Positions 15,001 through 28,200 of a stretch of 64,000 nt of DNA are shown here, piece by piece. A program made the position numbers and the translations under genes. The stretch is taken from assembly GCA_964035545.1 (NCBI GenBank), contig OZ037765.1, forward strand, positions 23,435,504-23,499,503. Direction: 5' to 3'. Source of the stretch: Bugula neritina (taxonomy: Eukaryota; Animalia; Bryozoa). Under the pieces are notes generated by a model, which saw only the letters and a list, made by a program, of their open reading frames with translations, was not told the DNA's origin and ran no database searches. The first letter of the stretch is position 1. Each line of letters opens with the position of its first letter.

Positions 15001-15556
15001 ATTTCCAATCAAAAAAGTTGGTACAATAAACTACCAAAATCTAAAGTAATAATCAGTATGACAGTAGTAAAAATAAAAGGGTTTTAGGTTTAAGAGACAG
15101 CTGTGGAGGCAACTTCGATAGAAATTGCAAAAGCAGAGAAGTTTATTCACCTTGGTTTTCTGAATTATTGGGAAAACAAAATGTTTTTTGTTAATAGGAA
15201 TGCCAGCAATAAGTTGAGTGAAAATGATATCACCACACAAATTGCATCATTTGAGATTAGAATAATTATAATTACTAGCAACTGAACCGAGCAGATTACA
15301 AACTCCAGATATCAGAATAAAGAAAATTTATAGGTCACAAAAAACATGATGTTCACAGCTGGAAGATTATGATCGGCATACAGTATCTCAAAAATATATC
15401 AACTTGATGACAAAAGCATTAATTTATAAATATTGTCAATTATTAGCTGCACTTACAGATAAATGATTGAACTGTCAACCCTACATACTTTGATCATAAA
15501 CAACATGGGGTACAGCATGCGAGCACCTGGTCTTTTATTTCATACAGCGTCTCCAT
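28..15556 (-). CDS. NFI: Nuclear factor I (CTF/NFI) transcription factor, multi-exon
   Basis: Phase-consistent GT-AG exons on minus: 15556-15527 ([10 protein letters not shown], probable first coding exon), 9057-8902 ([39 protein letters not shown]...), 8093-7718 ([14 protein letters not shown]...[48 protein letters not shown]...[18 protein letters not shown]), 6114-6040, 5780-5685 ([15 protein letters not shown], matching the NFI motif TSGVFSVTELVRVSQ), 4236-4125, 2494-2394, 1122-973, and tentative last exon 74-28. The DNA-binding domain is unmistakably NFI. The first and last exons are less certain, and the gene may continue off the window's left edge. Confidence 0.95.
1128..1390. repeat. 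Degenerate AT-rich minisatellite (unit ~ACTATATTATATGTGAATATTGCTATTT) in an NFI intron
   Basis: Repeated imperfect copies of actatattatatgt(g/a)aatatt next to the acceptor of exon 1122-973. Confidence 0.8.
3981..4048. repeat. Inverted repeat / hairpin (~21-bp stem, ~20-nt loop) in an NFI intron
   Basis: gcagtagtggagaaattgaga (3984-4004) matches the reverse complement of tctcaatttctccattactgc (4025-4045) at 20 of 21 positions. Confidence 0.85.
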
Positions 15557-16619
15557 TTTAACTTAACTCTCAAGTAACCCAGCAAATAATACTAAAATGT
15601 AGCTCTAGTAGCCCTACCAGCCTTTGTATATTCATCTGTCCAATGGAGAATGCAAATAATATAGGGGTATTCTAAGAAGAAATTAAAATATCCTAGTTTA
15701 GAGAAATGGCTGCTACTCAAAGACCTATTTGCCATTAGTTTTATCTTCATCAACGGATAGTCTTTGGCAACTTATAAGCAGTGTGGAGCTGACAATTGCA
15801 ACAAAAATCAAAATGAAAGTCCAGTAATATAAATGTTTTGTTATTACTCTGTAAATCTATTAGTTTTTGTAACTAAGGCTTATTTGAATGTCACACAAAG
15901 TGATGTTGATTTTGCTTGCCTACTTAATTAATTTGGAAAATCTAAAAACATCCTTCAAAACATGAGCAATTCCCCAGAGTAGTTAATTCTTACCACAGGG
16001 GGTGTTGCATAATAACAAATAGCAAGTATTACAAGTGGTCATGTTTAGAAATTTCAAAATTCTTCTATGTTAACCAGAGCAGTGTGTACACAATGGGAGT
16101 ATATTGACGTAACCAGACTTTATGGCTTCTTTATTGTTTTCCTTTCAGGCACTACCATATATAAAAAAGTGATCACTACAACTTTTTGCATAACTTATAA
16201 TGAGTCTAACCATCAAACGAGCACAATCTACAACAGCAAATATATGGAGAATGAACCTTTCGAAAATTCCTATATATGCCTTGTATACGTGTCACTCATT
16301 TTTACAGTTAAATAAAACACTAATCACTAAAAATCAGCACAAACTCCCATAGCAACTGATGAAGAAGTAGCAACATTCAAAGCTACGTAATACAAATTCA
16401 GAGTAACTTGCCATGGTACCAGCATGGTATTATGTCATGCTGCTAATGGTTTTTAGTCAAATGAGCTGTAAGTGATGCTACAACACATTACCTTTTCATA
16501 AAAAGTTTCCACACATGATAGCCTACATGAACATTTCAGCGCTGCGTGTACATGGGTAGACGGAGATGCATTAATATGTAAATTATGTAGAAACACACTA
16601 GTAATGATACTGTTTAGAT

Positions 16620-16849
16620 CATGGCTGTCCAACAGGCAGCCCCCAGCCTACATTTATGTAATTTATGTAATTAGAAAACCGTCTTTTTTACATACATGCT
16701 ATAAAACATACAACCTTTAGAATCTATTGGGACTTCTTTTTGTAATGATTCCAGAATTTCGAATAAAGTAATTTGAAAAATACCTACACTGTGGTCCCCA
16801 GCTCAAGTTAAATTTTACATAGTCTCTCTGAAAAGGTTGGATACCCCTG
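16620..16849. mobile_element. Non-autonomous hAT (Charlie-type) MITE, ~230 bp
   Basis: Imperfect TIRs CATGGCTGTCCAAC / GTTGGATACCCCTG (Charlie-like CAGGGGTGTCCAAC), flanked by an identical 8-bp TSD GTTTAGAT at 16612-16619 and 16850-16857. The TSD resembles the NTCTAGAN Charlie target consensus. Confidence 0.8.
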
Positions 16850-19800
16850 GTTTAGATCAATGTGCTAACTTTCCTATTGAAGAAAATTGCCCATTTCAAA
16901 TAGAGCTTTCTAAGATAAATTCAAATGTTGACTCTTTATCTGTTTATGATTGGCTACAGTGAAAAAATACTGAGGTTAAATGTACCAATAAATGTACCAA
17001 TAAACCTATTAACTATATTACAGGGTAATTGGTAATTAGTATTACAGAGAGACACAATGCAGAGAGCAAATTCATATCCTGGTGAAAGACAACATATATA
17101 TAGGCAGAATGACACCTGCAGCAGATATGGTAATAATATTAATCTATTTTTACAAATGTTGACAACTATTTAGCTGAGGTGTGAACGGTTATAGCTTAGT
17201 ATCAAAATTAGATTATTTTGTGAGTTATACTTGTGATTTTAGGTAGCCTATGTAATAAATGCCGTTAAAACTTCTAATTAAGAACTTGAAACAAAATGTT
17301 TAAAATTTGTGATGACCTTCACTAGATAAAAAACCAATTTTTAAGGAGCAACATGATCACACTGGTTACTAACAACGCCAGAGATGTCCTTTAACAAGTA
17401 TGCTCTATATACTCTTATGCCTCAGTTAGCACCATAGTTACCACAATCAGCGGAAATGTCTCTTAAGTTGAGTCAATTTTGCTATACTGGGTTGAAATCA
17501 CTTGATGATCTGTGTCTTTATTAGAAAATAAAGTAGTGTTGGATGGGTTATGCTAAATTACTATTCACCATAGCAGTCCTAATAAATCACTCAAGTCATT
17601 GAACATAAATTTGAACTACAGAAAAAGTAGCACTTGCTGTGTTGCAGCTTTAAAATTAAATCCACATATTTTATTGATCAGGCAAAAGCCTGAGTGAAAA
17701 CAGCCTCAGTTAACTTTATTTCAACGAGTTTCAAGAGTTAGCTGAATTTTTTTCAATTTGGCTAGTTTGCTCAATATTTATTGTTTCAATGGTTTGAATG
17801 GCTGTTCCATTTTCAAATTTAAATCAAATGAAAAGCTACAGGTTTCCATAGTAGCTATATATGCATATACGAGTTGGTTTCTTACAGGGAGGGACAACTC
17901 AAAATTAACCAGTCTTTGCCTGAGCAGCAGGTGTTAATATGTAAAAATATATACAAACGAAGTCAACCTTAGTACAGCGTTTAATTATGTTTTTTTCTAT
18001 AGCAATTTTTGAATTTGACTCATTTGTTTTAGCTAATTTCAAGAAGTTATTAAACTAATTGTAGTTTAAATATATACTGGAAATAAGTTTAGTGTTGGCA
18101 ATTTGCACACAATAATTAATTTTACACGTTGTAATACTTTGCTTAAAATTAATATAGCTACAAGATGCATTTTAATTACTTAAAATAAAAGAGCTAGGAT
18201 CCAATGAGGTGCTTGAGCCATAAGTTGTAATCAGTGATTACAATAATTGTTTACGGTTTTCGAGTGTATGCTGCCGCAACTGCCAATAGCTGTCAAATGC
18301 TGATGGAGTTTTTATTCTAGCGGAACAGTTCCTATTTATCGGTGATACTACTAAGGAAACACATGTAATGAATGGTTAATAGAACTTAATCATACTACAA
18401 AGCAAAGCAAAATTGTCTACTTTCAAAAAATGAAAGCACAACTCCAGCATGTGTAGCAGTATTTGGTTAATTTATTAATTTATTGAAGTATCAATTATTC
18501 ATGTTGGACTTGGAATGTTCTTGAAGACCCTGCAACTAACTTATCCCCCTTTACTTTGTTGACAGATGTTTGGACTATTTTGTGGCCACTATAATTATAA
18601 AAGGCATTCAAATGTGGGAGGGGAAGTAAATGATGATCACAAATAAAGTTAGGATAGTCAATCAACAAATTAAATAAAATTCCTAATCATAAGCATTAAG
18701 TCTTTCTCAGTTTATCAGCAGTTCAATATTTTTATTATTCTACTGAGCACATTAAATATCATATTTTACAGTAACTATTTTCTTAGATCTTTACTTATGA
18801 CTAACACAAAGAGTTTTTCAATTTGAGTGATGTTCAAAGGTTTCATGGAACCTAACATGGTTTTTCCATTCAACCGTATTGACATCTATAAATATATTGA
18901 TTCAATATTTTAAGAAATAGCCATAATTGTTTTTTGAAGTCAAATCCTATCCTGGTAATATCTTATACTATAGCAGCTGAGACTTGGTGATTAAAGGACC
19001 TGATGATGTAGCATATGTTATATTAAGCTGGGCAATTAAGTGCTTCCCTCATAATATTTAAAAAGAAGAAAAACTCTCAAACAATATGTATACTGTAACA
19101 GTTCGAGGAGGAGTTGTTAGTTTGCTCAGAAAGCTATTTTGATATAAAAGGGAAGACAATTCCAATTAACTCTAAACTGGGACTTTTGTATAGCTGTGCA
19201 GAATAATTTGCAAATTTTATATTTGGTATAATAACAACCAGTAACATCATTTCAGGCCACTTGAGGGAGTACTGGGTAATTACAAGACCATTTCCAGTCT
19301 AAAATAACTACAGTTAAAATTTTTAAGCACTTTCCACAATAATTAAGTTGGGATAGAACAATTACACATTACAAACTAATCACAGTAAAACAGTAATTAT
19401 GTGCTATATAAGTATAATATATTACAACCAACCCAAAAATGAATGAATCTTAAAATTAAGAAAGAAATTTTAAAATGTAATTAACAACTCATAATAACAG
19501 TCGTTGAAAACAAGGTAAATAGCACCATTCTTAATGCACATACTTTAATACATTCTTAGGTCGTTAAATACGCTGTATATATTTTCTACTTGATGTGCAT
19601 TATACACGTGGTGCTATATCGATGGGAATATATTTCAGCCCAATTGCTTTATGGCATAACAGATTAGTTGCTTAGTTAGATGAGCTTTTGCATCGATGCA
19701 AGGCGATTAAGAAAAAATCAACAGTGGTTATTTCTAGATTAGTTTCATATAAGCATAATAGTTTATCATTTTGCAGACAATCTTGAGGTAAATCGGCAGT

Positions 19801-22295
19801 TTTTTTAAAATAGCCATGCCGTATTTATAAAAATTATATTTTAAATTAAAAGGTTGTACTTCCACCGATTATCGTAGCATCTTCTGATATGGCTATGCAT
19901 TGCTTTTAAAACTATCAAACATTTAAGTTATCAATACAAGTAAAAAGTAAAATATGAAAAGTATGCTATATATACTCCACATGAATAGAGCATTTTATTA
20001 CATATCTGTTGACTGTAGGACTTGTGGTAACTAAAAGTTACCATTTGCCATATAAAATGGTTCAATTTAGCGACTCTACTTTAAACAATAAGAATACTAA
20101 ACGGTATACCTGGGTGCCAAACTTTACTCCAGACAACGCCTAACAAATCAATTTTTCTTACAAATAAATGTTTGTATCAAGTTTGCAAAAAGGCAACCTT
20201 CCAAAAAATTTAGTTCTTAAACTCTCCCCAAAATGTATGCATTAATATATAATTTATTTAATACACAAGTGATAATTGTAACACAGATGCATGGACAGAG
20301 CTATAGGTTCAGGGTTGGGAAGTAAAAAAAATGTTCCATGACTATAACCTCTTAGCCTCTTAATAATGATAATAGCTTTGACTTGAATAGTGCCACTATT
20401 AATACATGATAATCAATATGAGACTTCATAAAAAGCTGAGCAGTTGCAGACTAACCGGGCTTAAAAGTAGGGGTGACAAAAGTATATAAAACTGAGTAAT
20501 TGAACTTTAAAATATGTTTTGTTAATATTCTGTATAAGATAGTAATAAACTATTTTACACTACTTATACCTATAGTAAAACATATAGTGATGTCTCATAG
20601 ATATCGTAATATCATTTGAATTTAGAATTACTAATAGTAAAATTGACAGTTACAGTAAATCACAGAATAATAATAATGTAGATGTATTTGTATTTGTGTA
20701 CCACAGTCACACTCACATTGGTTCTGTTCATGCAGTGATTTTTTTTCAGCTTTCAAAAAAAATTAAAAATTAAATATTTATTCAGATTCATATTGGTTGA
20801 TAAATACTAATAGTAATATCAAATTTCATTGTAAAAGCAATAGAATAGCCATGGGCATAGCCAAAAAGTCTAAAAATATTTATAGGTAATATTATACTTA
20901 CACTATTACTATTAGTATTAGTATTACTCACAGTAAAAATAAATGCAATAGCAGGGCTCTGGCCAGGAACAATAAGCTATGGGACAAAAACTATAGACCT
21001 ATCAGTATGGCTAAGAACAGTAATTTCAATTAGTATTACATTCAATTGCTAATATAACTATAAGCATAAACATCCACGACCATATCATCATACTATTACT
21101 ACAAGTACAGGTTCAAATTAATTATTAAATTAATTAATTAAATTTTGCCATTATAGTAACTCGTTGATCTCTGAGGCTTGCACGATGTTCCTACGGCTAC
21201 GGGATCCGCTGCAGGATCTGCTTCATACAGATACAGATCTCCATCATAATCATTAGCATTATCATAGTGATTATGAGAATGAATACGATAAAATCTAAAT
21301 AACCATTGAATGATTGATGATGTTTAATTCCATATAAATATTCTATTATTTGTATTTTAACTTAAACTTTTAGCTTCACTTCAACTCTTAGACTTTTATT
21401 TTTTGTTAATCTTACTCTTCGGAACCTCTGAAAGAATTGAATTAAAATTGTAGCTTTAGTTCTACTTTTACAGTTTTAGTTTTGAATTGCTCATTCCATT
21501 ATCATTATGATTATCAATGTTAATATTATTGTATTGTATACAACAAATTTACACGATGGAGAAAATGCAGTACTGACCATTGTCATGGTTTCCGACGTGA
21601 TTACAGAATTGGAAAGAGCATGTTCTTTCTGGCATCGGTCCAACTAAAACAAGTTAACTCTTGGTGTGAGCAGTGAGGGAATTCTCTGGTAAATCACCGA
21701 ATGGCGTTGTCTTTGCAGCCAATTTGTTATTGAGCACATATACGTATGGATCGGCTGAGTACTTAAATTAACCTCAATGTATATGTCTATGAGCCCATAA
21801 GCTATATCCGTTTATCCAATAATTTGCTTACCCACTGTAGGCGTGTTTTGAACTTGACAGAAAAGACGTTATAATCATCATGTAGCGATATTCATATTGC
21901 ACGAAATCATTACTATCACTATGACTATGCTATGAGGTTAATTTTATGCTAAGCTAATATATTTTGCAACATCAATTTAAAAACAATATCTTTTTTAACA
22001 AGTAGTTTATTAGAAAATATCAAAAAAAGCACAACGTTTGTGTACCGTAATGTACAACGGTGCATCACCGTACCAAATTCATGCCACCATGCAGTATTTT
22101 TATTGCGCTAATGTATAAGCGTGACGCGGTGACAGAGTACATAGAATTAATACTGCTGAGGCACAATTTAGATATAATATTAGAATGCAGGGGTAAAAGT
22201 TGAGGTATCGTAATTGTCGATTACAAATATGAACTGTCAAATATTTACAACTTTTGTAGCTGTAATAATTTGTTCACATTACGCGTATACTCAAA

Positions 22296-25200
22296 ATGAA
22301 GGTAAGATATATTTGATTTTATGCACTATATGTTGTCCTAATAAACTAATTATTTTAAATATATATTAACGCTTAACTTCAAGTTTAAGTAATCGTCATC
22401 GCGCGTTTGAGTTTTAGGACAAATTTTGATTAGTAATACTAATAGTTGATATCATTTTATTATCAATGTGAATATGACTAAGTGTAACTATGTAAGCATT
22501 GATAATTTAATGAACTTTGATTATTTTATATTCAAATTAAATTTTGTTATAGATAACTTTAGTTATTCATTCAAAGTGAAAAGTAATCGAATTTAATTTT
22601 CTGACCTACTTACTGTTACTGAGTGTTACTGTTAGGAAGTAGCTGTTACTGTTAATATTAGCAATTTTTAAGGATAAACTTTCACAATCGGATAAAGTCG
22701 CGTGATTTTAGTAAATAGACAAGCCATGCTATAAACACAAATTCGGAAAGGTTCAGGTAAAGTTGCTCTTCTAGTTTAAACAGGAGAGCAACTTTACCTG
22801 AACCTGTCCGAATTTGTTGACTACTCGTAGATAGATGCAGACACAGCCCAGTGATGCTGTACTAGCTTGTTCATGTTTGATGCACTCTAAACTGTGCTTT
22901 TGGTTTCATAAGCTCAGAAAGAAAAATCTGCATCAGTATGTTTAGCAATAGTGAAATTATAGTACTCCTATCACATCTATTTACTTTTGGTTACCTTTTA
23001 AAAAGCTATAGTTTGCCAGTTTATCTCTCTCTTCTGACAAGATGTTCAATGTAATTCAATAAGCTATAAAATGCTATTATTAGTTGGCTGCGTTGGTCTA
23101 TTAGTAGTTTTTTTTTTGTAACTATGATAGTTACTGGTTTCAAATTATGGCCTACTAGTTTTTACCAGCATTGTATTCTGTATACGACAAGGTAATTGGA
23201 CAAAATGCCTAGACAATTCTCTTACACAAAGTCTCTATGTATGTTTTTGCCTTCTAATGTGACTTTTTGTTTCTATATATTGGAATACATGTTGTTGGCA
23301 CTAGTTCAATTTACCAAATTCTAGATTTTTTGATGGCAGATTTGTATCTATTTGTAATGCAATACAAGTATTTAAAGGTTTTAAAATAGTGAAAAAGTCA
23401 ATGAGAGCAGGTTTACTTATTATGGTATTGCTTTTCTACAGATACTCCTACCCTGGTAACAGAAGTGAAGATCTGTGTTCGCAGTGTAATTGAAGCTATA
23501 AAATGTGAGACGCTAAGCAGCGAATTGGCTAAGATGCAAACTCCAATCCAATCAACTATTCGAAGTGTGTCCTGTGTAGAGGCATCAGACAGTTATAAAT
23601 GTTTAAAAATGATAAATGACGGTGATGCTGATATTGTGAATCTTGATGCAGGCACTGCTTACTATGCAAGCATTAATTATGTGTCCACATTATTTCTTCG
23701 AGAGAAATTTCCGATGTCTCTTCAGCGGGGTAAGATGTTTCTCCTTATCTATATATTCTGAATACATTCTTTGTACAAGCAATGCTCTTAGTTTTAATGT
23801 TCTATTTTTTATCTTTTTAGAAAACCCAATATATTCAGTTGTAGTCCTTCCAAAATCAAGCAACATCAATAAACTTACTATGCTTAAAAGCAAACGACTT
23901 TGTTCTACAGGTGAATTATAATTCTTCTAAATACTTTATAATAGACAAGATTAGTATTTTACATATTATCTAAAAAATGTTTTGTATTGGCTAGACAAGT
24001 ATTATAAAGAAAAACTTCCAAGCATTATAATGTATGATTTTATATTTGTTGGTCTTGAAAGGTGTTGATGATGCAGCTGGATGGACCTTACCTCTTAGTA
24101 AACTGGTAGAACTCGGTATCTTGACTAATACAGATTGCAATGTGAAAGTGAAATCAGCTGCCTCATTTTTTGGTTCTATGTGTGCTCCTGGTGCTTTAAC
24201 AGAGTATCACAATCCATTTGGTAAGTGTTTGTGACTGAACTGGGTTTCATAATGCAACTCACGATTTGTTTTCAGCTTTTATAAGATATATATATATGTA
24301 TAATATATATATATTATATTTATATATAATATATATATAAATACTGTATATACTATATATACATATATATAATATTTTATTGATTTACCAGATCCTAACC
24401 ATGCAGTGAAACATGTTTTCAGGTGATAACCCAGTCTCTTCCTGTGAACAATGTGGCACTACAGGGCGAGATTGGTGCACATACAGGGATATGTATGCTG
24501 GTAGTGAAGGTCCACTTCTTTGCCTGAAAGACAGAGTTGCAGATGTAGGATTTATGAGATCAGTCGACCTTGAATATCTTACAACATCTCATCATGGCGA
24601 AGCTCCTGCTTATGATCCCAATGTAGGTTTCATTTAATTCACCAGTTAGTAGTGAGCATGGTGTGAGTATGAGCTCTCACGGTTCCTGATCATTTACTGT
24701 AGAATGCTAAGGTGTGTCTCCATTTGATGTTTGAATTTTGTCAGTCGGATGAAAATGTTTTGTCAATAATTTTTATGGTTATATGTAATTGTTTGAGTTT
24801 TCTCCAAATAACAAAGCATTGTAAAATAGCTTTTTGACTGCAGTGTAATGAGCAGTTACAGCAGCCACACACTAATACTAATGTGCAGTTATTATTTTGT
24901 AGGACTATAAGTTACTTTGTCCAGACGGTACGACTAGCACTGTGACTGGTTATGATACTTGTAACTGGGGAGAGGTTAAACCCAATGTGCTGGTCACCTC
25001 TGCTGCTAAATCTCCAGAAACTCGAAATGAATACATGTAAATATTCTATTTCTTCACTTGTTGTGTTTATTTTCACAATCAGCAGTTTTGAGGACCAAAT
25101 TGTCATTATCTGCTTATTCATTCTTTTTTAGCACTTTCTTTGAGAAACTTGCGAAAGCCTTTCCTCCATTACCAGATGGTAGCAGTGGCTCTGGAAGTGA

Positions 25201-28200
25201 TAGTAATGATACTGTGGTTGCACCTACTGCTTCCCCAACTACACAGACATTCACACTGTTCAACAGCGACCCTAAATATGGTCTCAACTCTCTCTTCTCT
25301 TCCGCTGCTATTGATTTTCAAACATTGAGCAGCGTTGAAGATGGTTTCAATTACGCTGGTGAGAAAAGTCAACAGTACAATTCCTTTACTGAAATATGTT
25401 AAGATATTTTGCTTAAATATCTGCTATGTTTTGCTGTGCTGTGCGGTCTTTCTGTTCTTATGCGCTCTTGTAACACTAAACTTACTCGTTGATGTTTTAG
25501 GTGGTGTTGAGTATCAAAAGAAATTAGACAATTTGTTGACGTGTCCTGTGGATTACATGAGGTTTTGTGTTGTGTCTGAATATGAGATGAGGAAGTGTGA
25601 GAATATGCTGCTGGCTCTGGGCGTCAGAAATCTCAAGGTAAGTATTTTGTTAGCATTTTACATCCTATTTCTACATGAAGTGCTGTGCAAGCAATTCATT
25701 GGCATAGCTTAACAAATTGTATTTTCTATGATTTTAAATTTGATTTGGTGAACTAAGATTACACATGTCCCAAGTCTCTGTATGATCAAACTGTAGCTAA
25801 GAATATATTTTCCTCGATTTTTAGCGAATATTCTTTTAACTTTCAACTGCAAATAATATAGGTTGTGTGCGCAAACAGTTTATTGTAATTCTATATTTTG
25901 TAGCCTGTCCTAGATTGTATTCTAGACAACTCTACACAGAACTGCATGAGGAAAATAGAAGATGGCGATGCTGATGTCATCATCTTAGATGCTGGCGATA
26001 TATATGAGGCCGGAAAGTATGTTGTACTAAATTGTAACGGCAACCATCATCAACCTGAATATTTTATTGCTTGATTACCGCTCTTATATCATTAAACGCA
26101 AATAGTGAATGCTATTTTTTGTTTTATTTTTTATTTGAATATGGTTGGTTGGGAAAGTCTTGGATTTAATAGGTTTTGAGTTAATTCACGCAATTTTAAT
26201 ACTTTTAAATTTTCCCTAAAGTAGTTTCAATCTTTTACGTGTTATTATAATGTTATAGATATTTTGGCCTAGTACCATTTGCTAATGAGAACTATGGAGA
26301 CACTGGTAATTTCTACTATTCGGTTGCTGTGTCTCGAAAGACTGAATCCAAGCTCACCTTATTTAATCTTATGGCGCATAACTCTTGCCATGGTAGCATG
26401 AGATCGGCTACTGGCTGGATATACCCTGTGTTGTCACTCATTGAAACTGGCCAAATTACTCCTGGAAAATGTGATGCTATAAAAAAAGTTGGTTAGTAAA
26501 CTAGGCGCATGTTATCTGATGATCCTTCGTAGAAAACTGTAAGCTGAATAATAAAGCATTTCATCTACGTGGCAGGCTCGCTTGGTAGTTCATTAAACTC
26601 TTACGGTTTTTAGGAGAACTTTTCCGAAGAAGTTGTGTGCCTGGAATATTAGATGATCAGTATAATGCAGCTGGCACCAACCCTGTGAACTTGTGCGAAA
26701 ACTGCGCTGCCGGTGGTATGGACAAGTGTCAGCGTAATACCAGAGAGCTGTATTATGGAGACAGCGGTGCTTTCAGATGTCTTGTTGAGAGTGAGTATCA
26801 AGGCACTGGTTTCATATTTTATTACTACTATGTTATGTAAGGGTCACCTTTCACCACCGTGGTCCTGCGTATATCCCATATACTAGTTAAATTGTGGTTT
26901 AATAAATCTTATGCCGTCAATTTATTCGTTTTATTTCTAAGCTACTATTATACTTTTTGGCCCATTTTTCTTTGCTTCATATTTTAATAAAATTTAAATA
27001 ATAAAAGTTATTGGGGATTGTTTTTTCATAAGCAGTGTCATAAATTTATAGAAAATGTTGTGATTTGTAATTTTTAATGCATTAATAGAATAATTGATGG
27101 TAAAAAATTGTTTTTATGCTGCTATAAAACATTCACCATAATAATTGAATAGCATCGTTGAATTTTTTAACTATAAACTTTGCACCTCTTAAATATTTAC
27201 ACAAGCTCTTTTAAAAGTTTTCCCATTATTTATATAGAATGGTTGTTTCTGTAACAAAATTGCAGAATAAAAAGTTGCTGCTTTGTAAACTGATGTTCAG
27301 CAGATGCTTTGCTTTTGGTGTATAAATTTGTGTATTTCTATTCAATTGGCGTCTTTGCAGATGGAGGCGATATTGCGTATGTTCGCCATATGACACCTCG
27401 AGACAATACTGATGGTAGAAATTCCGATCACTGGGCAAGAAACAGACGCTCTGATGACTATGAACTGCTGTGCAAGAATGGGAGACGAGCACCGCTCAAC
27501 TCTTGGAAGTCATGTTACTTGGCCAAGGTGAGTCACAATTAAATGTATCTCATTTTCTAATATTTTTTTTAATTATATCTGTCTTTACATTCCTGTCAGC
27601 TTCAAATTCAAGGTCAGCCCTGTTACTGCTGAAATGTCAAACTGCTTTTGGATCTGTAAAGATAGAATTGGTTTTTAGGTTCCGGCTAGAGCAGTGGTTA
27701 CAGCGGGCTACAAAACTGAATCGGAAAAGGCCATCTACTGGAATCTTCTCAACTATGCCCAACAGTTTTATTCAGCTGACAGGTTTGTACTTCTACTTAG
27801 CAATTTGCATTAGATCTAAAATATGACATCTGTGTCATTGTAAGTGTAGGTGATTAGCATGCTTGATTAGCATATAATATACTAGGCATGTGGTTTAAAC
27901 TTCCTGAGAAACAATAATAACATCAGAAATTATTGCTGCTGTGTTACATTTAAGCTTTTGAATGTTGCTGTTGCAAACCTAGTCTGTTAAAGCATTAACA
28001 CCAGAGTTCTTGTGGAAGTGGTGACTAAAATATGATTTTTTATATTGTGTGATTTCTTTGAGAATCAAATTCACAGCACTTTGATAATAAATGAGACTTG
28101 AAAACTAAGTAATACTAACTGATCATTTCATAATATCTTTTATAGTCATAATTAAACCATATAAATGTTATGTCAAAATAAAATGTTAACTTGGAAATAC

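Noticed and set aside
21150-21250. CpG-rich patch as the first NFI coding exon
   Set aside because: The ATG frame stops after 16 codons and there is no convincing donor. More likely promoter or 5'UTR.
22843-22862. IRE-like stem with CAGTGA loop (acagc-c-cagtga-t-gctgt) in an iron-family gene
   Set aside because: It is intronic, the closing pair is mismatched and there is no bulged C five bases 5' of the loop, so it does not fit the IRE consensus.
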